A stretch of 64,000 nt of DNA from an uncultured Haloferula sp. (lineage in GTDB: Bacteria > Verrucomicrobiota > Verrucomicrobiia > Verrucomicrobiales > Akkermansiaceae), in assembly GCA_965652295.1 (NCBI GenBank), contig CBFGTS010000007.1:128001-192000 (forward strand), given 5' to 3'. Shown piece after piece: positions 58,659 to 64,000 of this stretch. Every line of letters begins with the position of its first letter. The stretch's first letter is position 1. Both the position numbers and the translations under genes were made by a program. Below the pieces are notes generated by a model. It was given only the letters and a program-made list of their open reading frames with translations, searched no databases and was not told the origin of the DNA.

Positions 58659-61600
58659 TCAGCTCGAGAGCTTGAGCATGTAGGCGAGGAGGTCTTTGAG
58701 TTCGTCGGGATTCAACCGGTTGATCAGGCCCGGGGGCATCGGCGAGGCGGGCGATCGTTCGCGCCGGATCACATCGGAGGTGAAGATCTCTGTCCGCACG
58801 GTGGGATCGAAGGCATTGGTGGAAACCGCGATGGTTTCCTGGGTTTCTTCGATGATCCGGGCGGTGAGCTGCGAACCGTTGCGGAGGCTGAACGTTTCCC
58901 AGGCATATTGGTCCGAGATGGTCTTGCCGGGTGTCACGATCGCGTCGGCGAGGTCGTAGAGGGAAAATCGTCCCCCTACGGCCGTGAGATCGGGACCGGC
59001 TGAGCCGCCACTGCCGTCGAATCGATGGCAGGCGGAGCAAAGCGCGGCCTGAAACATTTTCCCGCCAGCTTCCTTGCTACGGTTTTCGAGGCCGCTCTCC
59101 GCGAGTGCGACGATTTCGTCCACGGTCCACGATCGCCCGGGGCCTTGGACGGATGGAAGGTCGGCAAGGGGATTCGACGTTCCTTTGCCGGCGTCGGCGT
59201 AGAGGCTTCTTTCCTCCGGGGTACAGGTGGCGAGGGTCTGTTCGCGGAGATCCTTGATGAAGCCGGCGTAGCTGCGTCCACCTTGGCGATTCAGCAGATC
59301 CTCGAACCAGCCGAAGACCCGGGCGCGTTCCTGCGGCGTCCATGGGCCGGGGACGACCCGCAGGCAGTAGAGGGCGTGAATGCGGTCGGCGGAGGGGAAA
59401 CGGGCGATCATCGCCTCGATATCGGCACCGTATTGAGGGTTGCGGCGGGCAAGAGGGAGCCAGTCCGGTGGGGGTTGGGGTCCGAGGTTGTCGGCCCAGT
59501 CGAGCACTTTCCCCACGATGCGCGGTGCGTTCAGGTAGCAGAGCATCCGACAGAGTTCGCGGTCGACGGATTGCTCTCCCGTGGGAAACGCGGGGGAAAT
59601 CCGGGAGATGAGAGCCTCGCGCAAGGGCTCGTCCGGCGGGTGGTGGCGGGCGAAGATGAGTCCGAAAGCCCGCAGCCAGTTGATGCGTGCCTGGGGTTCG
59701 AGCTTCGCAAAGTCGAGAGTCAGAAGCGCCGTGGAAGCGGTCGAGATCTCTTCTGCTTCGCCGGTCCGGGCGACGCCGATCGCGGCGGAAATCACGGCCC
59801 ACGGCTCCCGTTCGTTCTCAAGATGTCCGCTCCAATCCAAACCCTCTTCCATTTCCAGCCGGGTCCGTGCTTGGAAGCGTTCGATGCGATCGATCGAGCC
59901 GAGCTGTTTCCACGCCTCATCGATGGTGGGGGCGACAAGGTCACTGTCGACCAATGGTTTGAGGGGATCGGTGATCTCCGAGCCTTCGTAAGTGATCCTC
60001 CAAAGCGCGGAAGCGGCATTCCGGCCACCGGTCAGGAAATAGAGGGCACCATCGATTCCGACGACCGCATCGGTGAGAGGCATGCCGTTGCCCGTGAGGA
60101 ACTCGATGCTGGAGGGTGGTTCACCCGGTTCGAAGAGAATCGCGTGGATGGTGGCGTAGGTCCAATCGAAGGCAAAGAGCGCCCGCTGATAGCGCGCGGG
60201 GAATCTCGTTCCACGGCCGGAGATCAGGGCGGTCGGGGAGCCCGGGCCGATATTGAGTAAGGGAGGAAGGGAGTCCTCGTAGGATTCCGGCCATTTGCCG
60301 GTGCCGTTTCTCCAGCCGAATTCCGCTCCGGGAATCACGCGGCAGATCCGGGTAGGTCGGTACCAAGGCATGCCGAAATCCCACTCCATATCGGCGTCGT
60401 AAGTGAAAAGATCTCCCACCAGGTTGAAGTCGATTCCGAAAGAATTCCGCAGGCCGATGGCGACCAGAGTCCACTCGGAGCCGTCCGGGCGGAAGCGCGC
60501 GATCCAACCGCCGGGTGCCATGGTGTTGGCGGCGTGGCCGTTGGCGTCGGGGCGGCGGGGCAGCAATTGATCCTCCGCCCAGACCCGGGGCACCAGGGAC
60601 CGGTCGAGATCGGGAAGAGGGCAGTGGTTTCCTGCAACCAGATAGATGAACTGGCCGTCCGGCGAGGGTTTCAAGGTGTGGAGCCCGTGCTCGCCGCCAG
60701 CGGGGATGGATCTAACCAGCTCGGGCTCGCCCGGAGTCGATTGACTCAAATCCACCCGCCACACGCCGTTTCCGCCTTCGGGCGATTCGGTCGACGAAAT
60801 CCACAGCGTTCCCTTGTGCCAGAGGAGTCCTTGGGCGCTCTGGATCGGGATGCCGGTTTCGGAAATGATGAATTCCCCCTCGCCGTCCTGGCTGACTTTC
60901 CAAATCCCGCCGTACTGGCGGGCGCAGTAGAGGTTGCCCTGATCGTCCCGGGTGATCGCTACCCACGATGCCATTTCACCGGGCACATCGAAGATCTTTT
61001 CCAAGCGGAACCCATCCCGCAGGCCGGTCCCGGGCATTCCGGGCACCGGGACCATGGACGCTTCGTCCGGCGACCGGGGCCATTCCTCCAGAGGGCGCAC
61101 ACGGATCTCCTTGAACTCGACCGTCATCGGTTGTCCGACGTGTAGCTGGAGGCCGAGGATGCCATCGAGCGGGCGTCTCGAATCCGCCTTGTCATGATAC
61201 TCCGCGACGGTGACGCCGTTGATTTGATGTCGGTAGCGACGCCCCACGACCTGGATCCGGTAACGGTTCCATTCGCCCAACCGGGGTGGTGGATCCGGCA
61301 GTGGGGAAAGCGTCTCCCTGCCTTTTCCGGCGGTGACTTTCTCTCCGTGCTTGCAGATGATGCCTTCGCCTCGCTCGTCGTAGAACATCGCGAGGTAGTC
61401 GGGTTGCGGGTGCAGGTCGCACTGCATGCCGCCGATGCCCCACGGGACGTCCTCGACCTTCCAACTGCGATACTGGACGCCGGAATTCTCGCCAGTGACG
61501 CGGGCCATGAACTCCAGTTCGAAATCCCCCGGCAGATCGGCCCCGCAGAGAAGGTAGGAGTTCTGATCGATCTTCCGTTCGTTCGAATCCGTGCGGCCGG

Positions 61601-61757
61601 TCAGGACGCCATCCTCGACCGACCAAAGGCGTGGGTCGCCGGACCAGCCGTCGAGATCCCGGCCGTTGAAAAGGGATTGCCACCCGGCTGCGTCAGCACC
61701 GCGGACGGCACCGAGGATCAAGCCAAGGATACCGAAAGACAGCCTCAAACCATGCAT
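58659..61757 (-). CDS. DUF1080 domain fused to PVC-type beta-propeller/HEAT/cytochrome c (CxxCH) protein
   Basis: SLFNGRDLDGW...NSGVQYR...GLQLH...FKEIRV; then GEHGLH, GLRN, DADMEWD...PWYRPTR; C-terminal CSACH...GPDL...MPPGL. Confidence 0.85.
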   Translation of the reverse strand: MHGLRLSFGILGLILGAVRGADAAGWQSLFNGRDLDGWSGDPRLWSVEDGVLTGRTDSNERKIDQNSYLLCGADLPGDFELEFMARVTGENSGVQYRSWKVEDVPWGIGGMQCDLHPQPDYLAMFYDERGEGIICKHGEKVTAGKGRETLSPLPDPPPRLGEWNRYRIQVVGRRYRHQINGVTVAEYHDKADSRRPLDGILGLQLHVGQPMTVEFKEIRVRPLEEWPRSPDEASMVPVPGMPGTGLRDGFRLEKIFDVPGEMASWVAITRDDQGNLYCARQYGGIWKVSQDGEGEFIISETGIPIQSAQGLLWHKGTLWISSTESPEGGNGVWRVDLSQSTPGEPELVRSIPAGGEHGLHTLKPSPDGQFIYLVAGNHCPLPDLDRSLVPRVWAEDQLLPRRPDANGHAANTMAPGGWIARFRPDGSEWTLVAIGLRNSFGIDFNLVGDLFTYDADMEWDFGMPWYRPTRICRVIPGAEFGWRNGTGKWPESYEDSLPPLLNIGPGSPTALISGRGTRFPARYQRALFAFDWTYATIHAILFEPGEPPSSIEFLTGNGMPLTDAVVGIDGALYFLTGGRNAASALWRITYEGSEITDPLKPLVDSDLVAPTIDEAWKQLGSIDRIERFQARTRLEMEEGLDWSGHLENEREPWAVISAAIGVARTGEAEEISTASTALLTLDFAKLEPQARINWLRAFGLIFARHHPPDEPLREALISRISPAFPTGEQSVDRELCRMLCYLNAPRIVGKVLDWADNLGPQPPPDWLPLARRNPQYGADIEAMIARFPSADRIHALYCLRVVPGPWTPQERARVFGWFEDLLNRQGGRSYAGFIKDLREQTLATCTPEERSLYADAGKGTSNPLADLPSVQGPGRSWTVDEIVALAESGLENRSKEAGGKMFQAALCSACHRFDGSGGSAGPDLTAVGGRFSLYDLADAIVTPGKTISDQYAWETFSLRNGSQLTARIIEETQETIAVSTNAFDPTVRTEIFTSDVIRRERSPASPMPPGLINRLNPDELKDLLAYMLKLSS

Positions 61758-61805
61758 GGAGGCCGCCTACGTGAGACCGCGACCTGACCTTGCATGAGGT
61801 GCGGA

Positions 61806-62678
61806 TCAGTCGTCTTTCGGCTCCGGGTTCTTCCGATAGGCCTTCTGTTCCTTTTCCGTCCAACCGAAGGTCGCCAGCTCGGAGCGGTCGAGGTCTTTCA
61901 AATGAGGATCATTTGAGCGCGAAGGGGCGTCGGCGCGCACGTAGCGCCATTTGCGGTCGCCGAAAACCTCGCGGCACAGGTCGGCGACGGCGGGATCGTA
62001 GGCGATGAGTTCCTCGCGGGTGTTCACGTGGTTGTGAAGGGCGTCGTTCTCACGATTGGTGTCGAACCAGGATTGCACGGCCTCGGCCCAATATTCGTGA
62101 CGGTTCTCCGCGGCGTAGAGCCCTTTCCACAAGCCCTTCTCCATCGCGGCGCGATAGGTGGCCTCAAGACGTCCGTCGAAAGTGGGATCGACGATATCCA
62201 GTCCCATCTGGTGGATGGCGTGGGCGAACTCGTGGATCATGATGGACTCCGTCGGGTAGGGATCGCCGGGATTGTGGAGCAGGTTTTCCTCACCACAGGA
62301 AACGCACGGCCTGGAAGGGCTGGCTCCAAGCCCCCGGGCGCGGACATTCCAATAGGCGGAGGGTTTCAGGTCGGAGTGCTCCGGCAGGTCGCAGGTCCGT
62401 TCACTGACGGCCATGATCCCCAGCCGCACCTTGTTCTTTGCCAGGGCGGCGAGGATGTCGCTGCGGTCGTGGAGCATGGCGCGCACGTTGTGGGCGGCCT
62501 CCTCCAGCGCGGCATCGGGCACTTTCCGGGAGGCGACGATCGGGAAGTCCTCGACCAGCACGACCTTGCGGTAATGGGTGTCGAGGTCGAATTCCTTCCG
62601 CAGGGATTGCGAGGGCTTGGTCACCTGAGCTGATGCCACGGCGAGTAAGCAGACGGAAAGGAAAGCGAAGCGGAGCAT
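61806..62678 (-). CDS. Secreted zincin-like metalloprotein
   Basis: Signal peptide; HEFAH plus downstream EYWAE. Confidence 0.65.
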   Translation of the reverse strand: MLRFAFLSVCLLAVASAQVTKPSQSLRKEFDLDTHYRKVVLVEDFPIVASRKVPDAALEEAAHNVRAMLHDRSDILAALAKNKVRLGIMAVSERTCDLPEHSDLKPSAYWNVRARGLGASPSRPCVSCGEENLLHNPGDPYPTESIMIHEFAHAIHQMGLDIVDPTFDGRLEATYRAAMEKGLWKGLYAAENRHEYWAEAVQSWFDTNRENDALHNHVNTREELIAYDPAVADLCREVFGDRKWRYVRADAPSRSNDPHLKDLDRSELATFGWTEKEQKAYRKNPEPKDD

Positions 62679-62727
62679 GGGTCCACCCTAGCGGGCGAGG
62701 GATGCGCCCCGGAAGCTCCATTTGCTG

Positions 62728-62945
62728 GGGGCTTCCGCAGGGCTCCTACATTAGGGAGCGAGCCGGGCCCTGCTTGGAACAACATGGTTTTCGGGACCAG
62801 GATGGATGGGATGAATAGGATGGAAATGCAGGGAACCCGCATCCGGCAGTCTCAAAATATCCCATCCATCCTATCCATCCTGGTCCACCAACAGCCAGTG
62901 GTTCTCGTTTTCTCCCTAACGTAGGAGCCCTGGGGGCTTCCGGAA
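62728..62945. repeat. Nested inverted repeats (REP-like outer pair, nonamer-array inner pair)
   Basis: cagggctcctacattagggag / ctccctaacgtaggagccctg enclose ggaccaggatggatgggatg / catcctatccatcctggtcc. Confidence 0.75.
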
Positions 62946-62958
62946 ACGGGGAGGCGGG

Positions 62959-64000
62959 TCAGCGCTCGAACTTCTGGACCTCGTCAGGGCCGGGCGAGGC
63001 ATAGGCGGGGTCGAGGGCGCGGATGAAAACATCACCGTCGTCCTGCGTGCACACCTCGATGGGAACGATGGTGGTGCCTCGGGCATTGATCGTTTGAGCT
63101 TCGTCGGAGAGATCGCGGGTCTCGATGCCCTCACGCGCGAGTGGAGGCACGTTGGCGTTGAAGAACGCGGTGCACCACCATTTGCCGTCGCGTGTCCGGA
63201 ACGGCGTGCCGTGGCCGAGGAAGCGGCCGGCGAATTTCCGCGGTCCGTAGGGCCCGGTGATGTTACGGGAGGTGCAGTAGTAGAGATTGTAGGAGCCCTT
63301 GCGAAGGCGGTCGGTCGACCACGCGGTGCCGAAATGGACGTAGCGGTCGGCCACCTTGATCATCGTTGCGCCCTCGTGGCCGATTCGCGAGATGGGCTCG
63401 CCTCCGGGACCGGGCCGCGTGCCGGCGGGGTCGATCCTGACCGCCTTGGCGGTGAAGCGCGTGAGGTCGTCCGACAAGGGGGCGATGAGGGTGTTGCTCC
63501 ACAGCATCCACCATCGACCGTCATCGAAGAAGAGGGAGGGATCGTGCTTTCGTCCGAGGCGTGGACCCATCGGGTGGGTCCACGGGCCGTGAAGGTCAGG
63601 TCCGTCCGATAGCGCGAAGTTCGCCGTGGCTTCAGGGCAATGCACGAGAGCCCAGCGTTTCATGGACGGCAACCAGTGGAGCTCCGGAGCCCAGACGAGA
63701 TTGCCGGGCTTTTCGTGCCAGCTGTCGTTCATCGTGAATGGCGTGCCGAGATACTCCCAGTCGATCAGATCCTTGCTTTTCCAGATCTGAACGACGTCGC
63801 CGACGATCGATCCGTTGCCGAGTCCTATGTTATAGGGGTCGCTCTTTTGCCGTGGGTCCTGAGGACGCGGAGTCGTGCCGGTGAGATAGTAGATATCGTC
63901 CGGGCCGAGCGTGATATAGGGGTCCCGGATCCAGCCTTCCTTGATGAAGAGGGCCCGGTCGCGGGATTCGAGTCCGGCTTCGATCTGCTCCCGGGGCATG
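62959..64000 (-). CDS. Glycoside hydrolase family 43-like protein (5' end probably outside window)
   Basis: IRDPYI, YYLTGT, SKDLIDW, WAPELH, DPSLF, HEG five-bladed propeller motifs. Confidence 0.8.
   Translation of the reverse strand, partial: MPREQIEAGLESRDRALFIKEGWIRDPYITLGPDDIYYLTGTTPRPQDPRQKSDPYNIGLGNGSIVGDVVQIWKSKDLIDWEYLGTPFTMNDSWHEKPGNLVWAPELHWLPSMKRWALVHCPEATANFALSDGPDLHGPWTHPMGPRLGRKHDPSLFFDDGRWWMLWSNTLIAPLSDDLTRFTAKAVRIDPAGTRPGPGGEPISRIGHEGATMIKVADRYVHFGTAWSTDRLRKGSYNLYYCTSRNITGPYGPRKFAGRFLGHGTPFRTRDGKWWCTAFFNANVPPLAREGIETRDLSDEAQTINARGTTIVPIEVCTQDDGDVFIRALDPAYASPGPDEVQKFER

Overview
High-GC bacterial chromosome segment. PEP-CTERM genes, a PVC-type heme/CxxCH protein, a double-length UvrA and SHD1/C39 proteins point to Verrucomicrobia (Haloferula/Luteolibacter-like; this is an inference). 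Most of the window is housekeeping: glnD (5' part), iscA-hscB, uvrA, mgtE, pheT/pheS, rplT/rpmI, pfkA, psd, system II cytochrome c biogenesis and hemA-hemC-cobA/hemD. There is also a small patatin-ACP-condensation-AMP-ligase cluster and carbohydrate-related genes. The main accessory region is a visibly lower-GC island at about 46.2-55.1 kb, bracketed by diverged ~120-bp inverted repeats. It holds two PEP-CTERM genes, fragments of a REP-associated HUH (Y1) transposase, attC-like integron cassettes without an integrase, and an intact defence operon: a DUF4365 nuclease-APAZ gene plus a catalytically dead short Argonaute (SPARDA-like), preceded by a DUF2513-like ORF. A second theme is small repeats. 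Inverted heptamer arrays flank a four-helix-bundle gene between pheS and pheT, and heptamer arrays and REP-like palindromes appear as several in-frame inserts inside uvrA. All calls come from reading motifs by eye; no database searches were run.
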